From Cytophagales bacterium (GTDB lineage Bacteria; Bacteroidota; Bacteroidia; Cytophagales; JAAEPT01), in the NCBI GenBank assembly GCA_965230415.1, contig CBDDKZ010000005.1, positions 2,415,060-2,479,059 of the forward strand: a stretch of 64,000 nt of DNA, in the 5' to 3' direction. The notes beneath the pieces are model-generated. The model worked only from the letters and a program-made list of their open reading frames with translations. It did no database searches and was not told the DNA's origin. Below are positions 30,096 through 39,482 of the stretch, in pieces. The translations under genes and the position numbers were made by a program. The first letter of the stretch is position 1, and each line of letters opens with the position of its first letter.

Positions 30096-30788
30096 ATGAT
30101 TATATTATCTGTAAGCCAAGTTATTCAAGAATCCTTCTCTGCTGTAAATATTGTACCTACTACCATGCTCTGCCTGGCAGTGGTCTACTGGTTTACAGTA
30201 ATTTTAGGTGCACTGGATATGGGCTTTCTCGATTTTGATCTTGATGTGGATTATGAAGCTGACGTCGATATCCAGGTAGATGTAGATGCCGAAGTCAGTG
30301 CTGATGTAGATGGTGGTGCAGAGCCATCTATGTTTATTAAATTACTATCTTTCTTTAACCTGGGGAAAGTCCCTTTCATGGTGGTCTTCACAGCCGTTGC
30401 TATTCCTATGTGGTTTATAGCTACAACAACAAATAGCTGGTTAGGTATTCATCATCTAGGAATTGCATTACTGCTTACCATTCCTTATTTGTTTGTCAGT
30501 CTACTGCTTAGCAAAGTAGTAACACAGCCACTGGCAAAACTCTTTCACAAAATGGAAAAAGATGAAGTACATGATACAGATCTTATAGGTAAAATTTGCC
30601 GCGTAAAATATGGTATAAACGATGAACGAACCAGTCAGGCAGAAGTAGATTATGATGGACGTTCTTACCTTATTAATGCCAAGGCTACCAGTAATAAATC
30701 ACTAGCCAGGGGCGAAACAGGTCTACTCATCGATTACATCAAAGAAGATGATTATTACCTGGTAGAACCCTATGCTAACCCTACTTAA
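30096..30788 (+). CDS. NfeD-like / YqiJ-like inner-membrane protein (TM helices, acidic DxD repeat loop, C-terminal OB-fold)
   Basis: 230 aa with three or four TM segments, the loop DFDLDVDYEADVDIQVDVDAEVSADVDG, and a C-terminal NfeD-type beta domain (GKICRVKY...GETGLLIDY). It is immediately upstream of a flotillin, as in yqiJK. Confidence 0.6.
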   Translation: MIILSVSQVIQESFSAVNIVPTTMLCLAVVYWFTVILGALDMGFLDFDLDVDYEADVDIQVDVDAEVSADVDGGAEPSMFIKLLSFFNLGKVPFMVVFTAVAIPMWFIATTTNSWLGIHHLGIALLLTIPYLFVSLLLSKVVTQPLAKLFHKMEKDEVHDTDLIGKICRVKYGINDERTSQAEVDYDGRSYLINAKATSNKSLARGETGLLIDYIKEDDYYLVEPYANPT

Positions 30789-30863
30789 AAAACTGAACTA
30801 CTCTGAACACAAGCTAATTACTATTATTAATCTATTGTTTAATTCTAACAACCACAATTACAT

Positions 30864-33122
30864 ATGATAACAAAAACTATGATATTAGTTGGCATTATTG
30901 TCTTTGTGTCAATTGGCCTAGCGGCCATGATACTCAAAATGTACAAGAAGGCCATTCAAGGTTTTGCATTAGTGCGAACTGGTTTCGGAAACACCAAGGT
31001 ATCCTTTAGCGGGCTATTTGTAGTACCAATTATCCATAAAATGGAAACAATGGATACCACCGTTAAAACCATTATGATTGAACGTTCCGGGAAGGACGGC
31101 CTTGTTTGTAAAGACAACATGCGCGCCGATATTAAAGTGACCTTTTTCGTGCGCGTAAATCCTACTACCGAAGCAGTGGCCAAAGTGGCTCAATCCCTTG
31201 GTTGTTCTCGTGCGTCCGATCAACGCGCCCTGGAAGATCTCTTCGATGCGAAATTTTCGGAGGCCCTTAAAACAGTCGGTAAGCATTTCGATTTCGTAGA
31301 GCTATACAACTCACGTGCCGCATTCAACGACCGGATTGTAGAAGAAATAGGTAAAGACCTCAATGGTTATGTGCTCGACGATTGTGCGATTGACTACCTG
31401 GAGCAAACACCGCTCAACAACCTGGATGAAAAGAATATCCTCGATGCGGTAGGTATCAAGAAAATTATTGAGCTTACCTCAGACGAAAAAATTAAGTCCA
31501 ACCTCATTGAGAAAGAAAAGGAAAAAGTAATCACAAAACAGAATGTGGAGGCTCGCGAAACGGTGCTTGAACTCGAAAAGCAACTTGCCGAAAAAGAGGC
31601 CAAGCAGAGGCGTGAGATCGAAACCATTCGTTATACAGAGAATGCCGAGATTGACCGGGTGAGAGAAGAGGAGCGTGAAAAAGCGGAGCGTGCACGCATA
31701 CAGGTGGAAGAAGAGCTTGAAGTGGCCGAACAGAATAAATTGCGACAGGTAATTGTTGCCAAAAAGAACAAGGAAAGAACCGATGCCATAGAAACGGAAC
31801 GTGTGTTGAAAGACAAGGAGCTTGAAGCTACCGAACGTCAACGGGTGGTAGAGCTTGCTCAGATTGAAAAAGAAAAGGCACTTGAAGAGGAGCGTAAAAA
31901 CATTCAGGATGTGATTCGCGAACGTGTGTCTGTAGAAAAGGCAGTGGTAGAAGAAGAAGAGAAAATCAAGGATACGAAGGCGATAGCTGAGGCAGATCGT
32001 GAGAAGACGGTCGCAATTACCAATGCCGAAATGGAGGCCGAAGAAGCTTTGGTAAAAGAGATCAAAGCTGCCGAGGCACGCAAACAAGCTGCCGAACACA
32101 ATGCACAACAAATGAACATCGTTGCCGAAGCGGAGCAACAAGCTTCCGTAAAACGTGCCGAGGCTAAAAAGATTATGGCCGAAGCAGCCGCAGCTGAGGT
32201 GGCTTCTCGTGGTATGGGTGAAGCACAGGTGATTGAAGCGAAGGCCGAGGCGATGCAGAAACAAGGTGAATCTGAGGCTCAGGTCATTGAAATGAAAGCA
32301 AGGGCAGAGGCCAAAGGCTATGAAGAGCAGGGTTTGAGTGAGGCTAAAGTGATACAAGAAAAAGCGGTTGCCATAGAAACACGCGGTAAATCGGAAGCAG
32401 CAGTTATCGCTGAGAAGCACGCCGCAGAAGCCAAAGGTATTGAACTTAAGGCTGTGTCGGAAGCTAAAGGCTTAGAAGAACAAGGGTTAAGCGAAGCCCG
32501 TGTCATTCAGGAAAAAGCATCGGCGGAAGAAGCTCGTGGTATGGCCGAAGCGAAAGTTACTCAGGAGAAACTCGCTGCAGAAGCCAAAGGTATCGAAGAG
32601 AAAGCGGAAGCGATGCAGAAACTCGATGGCGTTGGTCGTGAGCACGAAGAGTTTAAGCTACGCCTTGAAAAAGATAAGGAAATCGAGCTGGCGAAAATTA
32701 GTATACATGAGGTGGTTGCCCAAGCACAGGCGCAGGTAATTGCCGAAGGATTGAAAGCTGCCAAAATAGATATCGTAGGTGGTGAAACCATGTTCTTCGA
32801 TCAAATTGTAGGTTCTATCGCAAATGGTAAGAAAATTGATCGAATGGTCGATAACAGCCATGTACTGGAACAGGTAAAAGACACTTTCTTCGGTGGCGAC
32901 GGCAACAACGGCGATTTTAAAGAAAACCTGCGCAACTTTGTCGATCAGTTTGGTATTAGCATGCAAGATATTAAAGATCTCAGCGTAGCAAACCTACTGA
33001 ACAAAATGGCAGGTCAGACAACTGACAAGTCGATGCTCGCCAAAATTGGGCAGCTGCTCGGTGTTGCAAACCTGACAGGAGTAGCCGATAAAGGTATCGA
33101 CTCATTAGGTATCTTCAAATAA
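30864..33122 (+). CDS. Flotillin-like SPFH/band-7 protein (YqiK/FloA-like) with an extended Ala/Glu-rich coiled-coil repeat region
   Basis: 752 aa. An N-terminal TM helix and SPFH domain (ALVRTGFGNTKVSFSGLFVVPIIHKMETMDTTVKTI) are followed by about 400 aa of E/A/K-rich heptad repeats, then a conserved flotillin C-terminus. Confidence 0.85.
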   Translation: MITKTMILVGIIVFVSIGLAAMILKMYKKAIQGFALVRTGFGNTKVSFSGLFVVPIIHKMETMDTTVKTIMIERSGKDGLVCKDNMRADIKVTFFVRVNPTTEAVAKVAQSLGCSRASDQRALEDLFDAKFSEALKTVGKHFDFVELYNSRAAFNDRIVEEIGKDLNGYVLDDCAIDYLEQTPLNNLDEKNILDAVGIKKIIELTSDEKIKSNLIEKEKEKVITKQNVEARETVLELEKQLAEKEAKQRREIETIRYTENAEIDRVREEEREKAERARIQVEEELEVAEQNKLRQVIVAKKNKERTDAIETERVLKDKELEATERQRVVELAQIEKEKALEEERKNIQDVIRERVSVEKAVVEEEEKIKDTKAIAEADREKTVAITNAEMEAEEALVKEIKAAEARKQAAEHNAQQMNIVAEAEQQASVKRAEAKKIMAEAAAAEVASRGMGEAQVIEAKAEAMQKQGESEAQVIEMKARAEAKGYEEQGLSEAKVIQEKAVAIETRGKSEAAVIAEKHAAEAKGIELKAVSEAKGLEEQGLSEARVIQEKASAEEARGMAEAKVTQEKLAAEAKGIEEKAEAMQKLDGVGREHEEFKLRLEKDKEIELAKISIHEVVAQAQAQVIAEGLKAAKIDIVGGETMFFDQIVGSIANGKKIDRMVDNSHVLEQVKDTFFGGDGNNGDFKENLRNFVDQFGISMQDIKDLSVANLLNKMAGQTTDKSMLAKIGQLLGVANLTGVADKGIDSLGIFK
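32205..32625 (+). repeat. In-frame degenerate tandem repeats (about 20 codons each) encoding the E-A-K-V-I-Q-E-K-A coiled-coil units of the flotillin
   Basis: Repeated peptide units (...SEAQVIEMKARAEAKGYEEQGLSEAKVIQEKAVA..., ...GLEEQGLSEARVIQEKASAEEARG...). The matching nucleotide-level repeats explain the long antisense ORF at 31479..32420. Confidence 0.5.
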
Positions 33123-33161
33123 ACACGTATTTAACTAAAATTAAACTTAATCTGTGAATCC

Positions 33162-33192
33162 ATTTTGTTGACTTAATCATGGTCAACAAAAT
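33162..33192. promoter_or_regulatory. Perfect 11-bp inverted repeat (ATTTTGTTGAC-N9-GTCAACAAAAT) between the flotillin gene and the next gene
   Basis: Seen directly in the sequence. No U-tract follows it, so it could be an operator, an RNA processing or stability hairpin, or a weak intrinsic attenuator. Confidence 0.3.
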
Positions 33193-33292
33193 AGGATTAA
33201 CGGAAGCATAAAATTCATCAATTGCTGTAAACTTACGCTGATACCATATGCTCCTCAAAACGAGGATGACTAAAACTTAACGCAGTAAAAAG

Positions 33293-33853
33293 ATGAAAAA
33301 CTTAAAAGAATTTCCCAATACACCAAAAGACGTAACCGTGGAAGCAAAGAAAAATGGTTATGTATTTACCATTGATGAACGAAAACCCTTGTGGGCGCTG
33401 ATGCATTTTGCCTTATTTCTGTTTGCAATTGCTATAGTGGTCAACTGGGTACTGTCCGATGAATCTTTCCCTACCAGTCAGTTAATACTGATGAGCATTG
33501 CCTCTCTTTTTGGCTTATATGCCGGGTTTAGATTTGTGCACTTTTTTACCAAACGAACTATTGTGATTTTAAATGCAAATGAAATGATAAGTTATATCCG
33601 GTCGGTACTGAAATTTCAAAAAAGAAAAGTGGATTTAAGTGCTATAAAAGGAGTGCATATTACTCGGAAAACAGGGCAGGGAAGCGTAAGTGAAGTTGGG
33701 GCCGAGAGAAATTATATACGAGAAATCCTGGAAGTAGATTTAGGGACTCGTCGTTTTGCATTAGCGAAAGATGCGTCGTCTCATGCGCGTTATTTTCTCA
33801 AAGCCAGCCTCAATAATTACAGATATCGAAACAATCAACAACTAGCGGCTTAA
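33293..33853 (+). CDS. Small membrane protein (two TM helices plus a cytoplasmic domain, possibly bacterial PH-like)
   Basis: 186 aa. It has a hydrophobic hairpin (LWALMHFALFLFAIAIVVNWVL ... LILMSIASLFGLYAGF) and a basic cytoplasmic tail. Its stop lies 7 nt before the giant ORF. Confidence 0.5.
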   Translation: MKNLKEFPNTPKDVTVEAKKNGYVFTIDERKPLWALMHFALFLFAIAIVVNWVLSDESFPTSQLILMSIASLFGLYAGFRFVHFFTKRTIVILNANEMISYIRSVLKFQKRKVDLSAIKGVHITRKTGQGSVSEVGAERNYIREILEVDLGTRRFALAKDASSHARYFLKASLNNYRYRNNQQLAA

Positions 33854-33859
33854 TTAACT

Positions 33860-36800
33860 ATGCAGGAACACCAAGATAAAGAAATAAAACTGGAAGGAGA
33901 TACCTATGAGGTGCTTCGCGGACGATTACTCAAACATATTGACGATTTACAAAAACGTCTTGGTAATTTAAATAAAGCGAGAAAAGAAGTCTTTGGTTCT
34001 ATAGAGACCAGCCTCTTATCTACAGAGCGCATTACCACCGGAAATAACTGTGTTTCCAGGGACATGATACCCATAGGGAATTCTTTTATTCTTGGTTATA
34101 ATGTGCATATTGGACTACGCATGGAAACTAATATTGCCGATGTTTTCAGCATTTATAAATATGAAAACCATCAGTTTCATGCGCAGGATCTTACACTCGT
34201 TAATGACGCCCGGTTTGAAGAAGACTTCAAAAATCTTTATAAATACTACAAACAAACAGAGTTTGTGAAGTTTGCACGTGTCGGTACGTTTTTATACATG
34301 GTGTTTCGTATTGGTAAGAGTGTGAACGATATTAAGGTTTTTAAATGGGCGATTAATGAGGACAAGCTCGTTTATGTAGATGCGCGAAGTGAACACGAAT
34401 TCAAGTATCCGGAACAGCATCAATTTGAATGGAAACGTGTAACCCGGGACATGCAGCGCGACGGGGCTAATGCACATTTTAGTATTGAAGATTTGGTCTT
34501 TGTCGAAACAATTGGTGGCGACCTTACTATTAAAGTCGAAGATAACACTGACACGGGACAGGGTATTTATAGCGAGCCTGTTGAACAAGCCGATCAAACA
34601 CTCGATGATGCTGAAATACATTATGCCATTCTGGGTAACATTATCCTGCTAAAAGTTAAGCCCTATCAGGAACGTGATTTCAGGTATATCGTATTTAACT
34701 CAAAAATTCAGGAAGCAAGGCGCATAGACGCCATAGAAAATGCCTGCGTTCTACTACCAGATGATCACGGGCTCATATTTCCCGACGGCTATTACCTGCA
34801 AACGGGAGAATTCAAATTATTCGATCACGACCTGAAAGACCTTCTTTATGAACGTCGTCTCCTGTCTCCGAATGGAGAAGACTACTTGTATGTATTTTTC
34901 AACAGAGCAGAAGGAATCTACTTGTTACTGTCTTATAACTTAATAGAGCAAACAGTCGATACTCCTGTGATCTGTTCGGGTTATTCCATTTTTGAAAATG
35001 GAGAGATGTGCTATTTCAAATCGGATGGAGAACCTAAAAAGCACCATATAGTGCAAATTTGGCAAACCCCTTACGTAGGGCCTGATTATGAAATTCAGTC
35101 TGTAAAAGATGACTTTTTATATAAAATAGGAAATAAAGACATCGTGAGAGCTATGGCGGGATGTCATGAAATAATGTACCTCATGCACAAAGGGGAAGGT
35201 TATGCCGGGCTGTATTTGGAGATCATGAAAAAGTCGAGCGACTTGTTAGATACCTACTATTGGTTGGATAAAGAAGAAACCTATGAATTGCAGATACCTA
35301 TTCTGGCTATCAAAGAAACAGCATCACTGGCAATCGATGAGTATGAGAAAGTCCGGAATATTAAAAGTAGTACGCGTCAGCAACTAAATTTAGTTAAGCA
35401 AAAGAAAGAAGACCTTACCAAGCAGATAGGTAGGCAGAAACCGAAGTCGGTCAATGAATTTGTGAAGTACCTGGCCGACTTACGTATACTTCGTGGAGAG
35501 ACAATTTCGCTTAAAGAGTTGCGCTACATAAACCTGGAAAGTGTTGAGTCGCTGGAAGCGGAAATTGAAGCTATCAACGATGAGATGGCGCGCGACTGTG
35601 TTAAGTACCTCGTCAAAAAAGAATCGTTAAACCCTTATGAGCAAAGAGTTCGTGACATCGAAGCATCGATTGATGGCCTTAAGAAAGTAGTTGATGCCAA
35701 CAAAGTAGAGGAGCAGATCGACCAGACTTCATTAGAGCTGGAAATGCTTATCGAAATAGTGAGTAATTTGAAGATAGAAGATGCCACGCAAACAACCCAA
35801 ATAATAGATCATATATCGGCCATTTATTCGAGCTTTAACCAAATCAAAGTGGCGCTTAAACGAAAGCGCAAAGATTTATTGGCAGTAGAAGGAACAGCGG
35901 AGTTTAATGCACAAATTAAACTAATAAGTCAGGGGCTTATTAACTACCTCGACATGGTTACTACTCCAGAGAAATGTGACGAGTTTTTGGCGAAGCTGAT
36001 GGTACAGCTGGAGGAATTGGAAGGTAAATTTGCCGAGTTTGATGACTTTATCGAAAAAATTTCTTTGAAACGTGAAGAGATTTATAGCGCTTTTGAAAGT
36101 AAAAAAGTAGCACTGTTGGAGGCGCGAAACAAAAGGGCTAATACCTTACAGGCCTCTGCCGATCGTATTATAAAAGCCAGCCAGGGACGGGCGTCCAAAT
36201 TCGATTCTGTAAATGAAATCAATGGTTACTTCGCTGCCGATATCATGATCGAAAAGGCACGAAATATAATTGATGAGCTTATAGAAATGGGTGATACGGT
36301 TAAAGCTGATGACATCCAAAGTAGGCTCAAGACTGTAAAAGAAGAAGCAATAAGGCAACTAAAAGACAAAAGTGAGCTCTTTGTCGACGGCGAAAACACC
36401 ATTAAACTGGGTAATTATTCCTTTTTGGTGAACACACAGGCGCTGCAATTAACAATCGTCAATAAAGACGATGACCTGTATTTCCATTTAACCGGCACCA
36501 ACTTTTTCGAACTCATTCGCGATCAGAAAATGAATGACTATCAGCGTTTTTGGGATAGGCCACTGGTGTCTGAAAGCAAAGAAGTTTACAGAGCAGAATA
36601 TTTGGCCTATAAGTTTTGGCATTATATTAATAATGCGGAGTCCGATACGCGCCAAAAAGGGGAAGAGATCGCTTTGATGTCTCTTGAGCATATACAGGAG
36701 CAGGTTTCAGAATTTATGGCTCAGCGCTTTGATGAAGGTTATGTCAAAGGTGTTCACGATTACGATGCATCGCTTATCTTCAGCAAGCTCAATGCGATGG

Positions 36801-39385
36801 TTCACGGAACCGATCTGTTACGTTTTAGCTCTTCAGCAAGAGCAATGGCGGCTTATTTTTGGCAGGTATGGCTGGATGAAGACTTGCAAGCAGACCTTGA
36901 AAAGCGTTTAAAAGGTGCAGGTATGATTCTTAAAGTTTTTCCAAAAACCAAAGAGTTTCATGGTCTCAAGCTGGAACTGGTGCAAGCTATAAGCAATTTT
37001 CAGAAAGAGTCAGGCCTGTTTAGTGATGAATTAGTAGAAGAAGCAGGAGCCTATTTATTTATTGAAAAATCGAGGGGAGACCACTTTATTATCGATGGGG
37101 AGGCAGAAGTATTGTATAAAGGATTTCTTGAATTCCTCAAAAAATCTAAATCCCACAGTGGTTTTCGAACTTCCGTCGATGGTTTAAACAAGTCGGCTGC
37201 CTTTAAATTGATTTTGAGCTGGTTACATGCTTATGAAGAGCAACAGGAGCAAACGTTTAAACCTTACCTGGAAGAAGCGGCATTATTGATTCTAAATGAA
37301 AATTATGTGGCCAATCATGTGCTGCGCACTAGTCTTAAATCAAAAATAAGTGATTTGAGGGGGGCTCACAGCAGTATAAAAGAACAACAGTTCAATTTTG
37401 ATCTCAATGAATTTATGCTCCGTTTGCACCATTTTGACTCTTATGAAGTTCCTGCTTATAGAGATTATACCATTTATAAAAAGAAGCTTGCGGAGCAGTT
37501 TAGCGATGAGTTACGATTGGGAGAGTTTAAACCACAAGTCATGAATTCATTCGTCCGTAACGAGTTGATAAATAAGGTTTATTTGTCATTGATAGGTGCA
37601 AATTTGGCCAAACAAATTGGTGCCGCTGGAGAGGGGAAAAGAACCGATTTAATGGGGATGTTATTACTGGTTTCACCTCCAGGTTATGGTAAGACCACTT
37701 TGATGGAATATGTGGCCAATCGATTGGGGCTTATTTTTATGAAAATAAATGGTCCGGCTATAGGTCACGAAGTTACATCAGTAGATCCTGCTCAAGCTAC
37801 AAATGCCAGTTCGAGGGAGGAACTTGAAAAATTGAATCTTGCCTTTGAAATGGGTGACAATGTGATGATCTATGTGGATGATATTCAGCATACGAATCCG
37901 GAGTTTCTGCAAAAGTTTATTTCCCTTTGTGATGCACAACGCAAGATTGAAGGTGTTTACAAGGGACGAAGTAAAACCTACGACTTCAAAGGAAAAAAGG
38001 TGTGTGTGGTAATGGCGGGTAATCCGTATACAGAAAGTGGTGCCCGTTTTCAAATTCCTGATATGCTGGCCAACCGTGCCGATATTTACAATCTTGGTGA
38101 TATCATCGGTGATCAGGCCGATGTATTTAAGCTAAGTTATATTCAAAACTGCGCTACCTCAAATGCCGTTTTGAGCCAACTTGCGGGAAAAAGCCAAAAA
38201 GATGTGCTTACCTTAATAAAAGTGGCCGAAACCGGCAATCGAGATGAACTTTCATTTGAAGCGAACCATGCTGTAGAGGAAATTAATGAGTATGTGTCTG
38301 TTCTTGGCAAGATATTAAAAGTGCGTGATGTCGTGCTTAAAGTAAACGAGCAGTATATTCTCTCAGCAGGACAGGCTGAAGAATATCGAACCGAACCTGC
38401 TTTTAAGCTACAGGGGTCATACCGTAATATGAATAAAATTGCAGAAAAGATTGTGCCGGTAATGAACGATGCAGAGCTGGACGTACTTATTGATTCACAT
38501 TACGAAAATGAAGCACAAACCCTTACTAAAGGTGCTGAGGCCAATTTGTTGAAATTCAAGGAAATGATAGGTGCGCTCTCCGATGAGGATGCTGAGCGTT
38601 GGGAACAAATCAGGCAAACATTTCAAAGAAATAATAAATTGAAAGGGCTCGGTGGTAATGAGATGGGGCATGTACTTGCTCAAATGGAGTCTATAACAGA
38701 AGGGCTTTTTGGGATTAAACAAGCCTTGTCACCAACTGTTGGCGATAATGTGCCTGCTAAGGTAAATACGCTGCCTGCCAAAGAGCAGGTAGCGCCGCAA
38801 GCTGCTGTTACGAATAGTGGAAATGATTGGAAACAATATGGAGACAGACTCGATGAAGTGCTGAGAGCTTTGGCAGACAATCAGTCTAAAATCATCACAG
38901 AACTGAGGTTGCAGCAAAAAACAGATCGCGCATTGCTCGATGCCGAAAATGAGCGTGAACGCCTGGCAAAAGAAGAACAAAAACGCCAACAAGAACTAGT
39001 GGCCAAAGCAAAAAAGAAGAAAGAAGAGGAAGTACGCCAAATGCGTGAGCAGGTGGAGGTAGCAGTGATGGAGAAAGGTTTTTTGGAAGAAGATGGCAAT
39101 GCTTATATCACATTTAAGTTTGCTTTTCAGAGCAAAGTTGAAGAAGTTATAACAGCCTTTACCGGCATGCTTGAGTTCAAGGATCAGTTCGAGAGTCCAA
39201 TACACTCCATTAATATATCATATGAGGATGGTATCCAGCCCAACGAATTGATTACATGGCCTGCTCAAATATTCTATAATCAATTTTTGGAGAAAGACAT
39301 TGCACTAAGAGAACTAAATCTGGAACAGCTGAGAGTGACCTGGGTTCCGCAGAAAGTGATGCTCGGAAAACAAGCTAGTAAGTAA
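33860..39385 (+). CDS. Giant (1841 aa) cytoplasmic protein with an embedded MoxR/AAA_5-like P-loop ATPase module and a C-terminal coiled coil
   Basis: One uninterrupted ORF with no TM helix or signal peptide. Walker A LLLVSPPGYGKTTL is near aa 1276 (nt about 37684). Walker B MIYVDDIQH is near aa 1340. A sensor-1-like CVVMAGNPYTESG and an Arg-containing segment FQIPDMLANRADIY (compare MoxR ATQNP..LPEAQLDRF) follow. A basic/acidic coiled coil KRQQELVAKAKKKKEEEVRQMREQ lies near the C-terminus. Confidence 0.8.
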   Translation: MQEHQDKEIKLEGDTYEVLRGRLLKHIDDLQKRLGNLNKARKEVFGSIETSLLSTERITTGNNCVSRDMIPIGNSFILGYNVHIGLRMETNIADVFSIYKYENHQFHAQDLTLVNDARFEEDFKNLYKYYKQTEFVKFARVGTFLYMVFRIGKSVNDIKVFKWAINEDKLVYVDARSEHEFKYPEQHQFEWKRVTRDMQRDGANAHFSIEDLVFVETIGGDLTIKVEDNTDTGQGIYSEPVEQADQTLDDAEIHYAILGNIILLKVKPYQERDFRYIVFNSKIQEARRIDAIENACVLLPDDHGLIFPDGYYLQTGEFKLFDHDLKDLLYERRLLSPNGEDYLYVFFNRAEGIYLLLSYNLIEQTVDTPVICSGYSIFENGEMCYFKSDGEPKKHHIVQIWQTPYVGPDYEIQSVKDDFLYKIGNKDIVRAMAGCHEIMYLMHKGEGYAGLYLEIMKKSSDLLDTYYWLDKEETYELQIPILAIKETASLAIDEYEKVRNIKSSTRQQLNLVKQKKEDLTKQIGRQKPKSVNEFVKYLADLRILRGETISLKELRYINLESVESLEAEIEAINDEMARDCVKYLVKKESLNPYEQRVRDIEASIDGLKKVVDANKVEEQIDQTSLELEMLIEIVSNLKIEDATQTTQIIDHISAIYSSFNQIKVALKRKRKDLLAVEGTAEFNAQIKLISQGLINYLDMVTTPEKCDEFLAKLMVQLEELEGKFAEFDDFIEKISLKREEIYSAFESKKVALLEARNKRANTLQASADRIIKASQGRASKFDSVNEINGYFAADIMIEKARNIIDELIEMGDTVKADDIQSRLKTVKEEAIRQLKDKSELFVDGENTIKLGNYSFLVNTQALQLTIVNKDDDLYFHLTGTNFFELIRDQKMNDYQRFWDRPLVSESKEVYRAEYLAYKFWHYINNAESDTRQKGEEIALMSLEHIQEQVSEFMAQRFDEGYVKGVHDYDASLIFSKLNAMVHGTDLLRFSSSARAMAAYFWQVWLDEDLQADLEKRLKGAGMILKVFPKTKEFHGLKLELVQAISNFQKESGLFSDELVEEAGAYLFIEKSRGDHFIIDGEAEVLYKGFLEFLKKSKSHSGFRTSVDGLNKSAAFKLILSWLHAYEEQQEQTFKPYLEEAALLILNENYVANHVLRTSLKSKISDLRGAHSSIKEQQFNFDLNEFMLRLHHFDSYEVPAYRDYTIYKKKLAEQFSDELRLGEFKPQVMNSFVRNELINKVYLSLIGANLAKQIGAAGEGKRTDLMGMLLLVSPPGYGKTTLMEYVANRLGLIFMKINGPAIGHEVTSVDPAQATNASSREELEKLNLAFEMGDNVMIYVDDIQHTNPEFLQKFISLCDAQRKIEGVYKGRSKTYDFKGKKVCVVMAGNPYTESGARFQIPDMLANRADIYNLGDIIGDQADVFKLSYIQNCATSNAVLSQLAGKSQKDVLTLIKVAETGNRDELSFEANHAVEEINEYVSVLGKILKVRDVVLKVNEQYILSAGQAEEYRTEPAFKLQGSYRNMNKIAEKIVPVMNDAELDVLIDSHYENEAQTLTKGAEANLLKFKEMIGALSDEDAERWEQIRQTFQRNNKLKGLGGNEMGHVLAQMESITEGLFGIKQALSPTVGDNVPAKVNTLPAKEQVAPQAAVTNSGNDWKQYGDRLDEVLRALADNQSKIITELRLQQKTDRALLDAENERERLAKEEQKRQQELVAKAKKKKEEEVRQMREQVEVAVMEKGFLEEDGNAYITFKFAFQSKVEEVITAFTGMLEFKDQFESPIHSINISYEDGIQPNELITWPAQIFYNQFLEKDIALRELNLEQLRVTWVPQKVMLGKQASK

Positions 39386-39482
39386 AAGGTAGGAATTAAG
39401 TGATAATTTGTGCGGTATAATGCATTATTGAGCTTGTTTTGAAATTAATTTGTAGTTTTGCAGACCAAATAAAAATAGTCGT

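Noticed and set aside
31479-32420. 313-aa minus-strand ORF and several other 60-100-aa antisense ORFs across 31000-32800
   Set aside because: They are antisense to the GAA/GCN-rich repetitive coiled-coil region of the flotillin gene. The flotillin reading frame is clearly the real one, given its SPFH domain and conserved C-terminus.
32205-32625. Possible CRISPR-like or direct-repeat array
   Set aside because: The repeats are degenerate, in-frame, lie inside a protein-coding gene and encode coiled-coil heptads. There are no spacer-like unique segments and no cas genes. It is not a CRISPR array.
28645-39385. Possibility that the PspA-flotillin-giant ATPase cluster is a mobile genetic island
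   Set aside because: I found no integrase, transposase, tRNA-adjacent att-like direct repeats or compositional break at its borders. The tRNA-Phe is 20 kb away and flanked by core genes. I treat the cluster as chromosomal.
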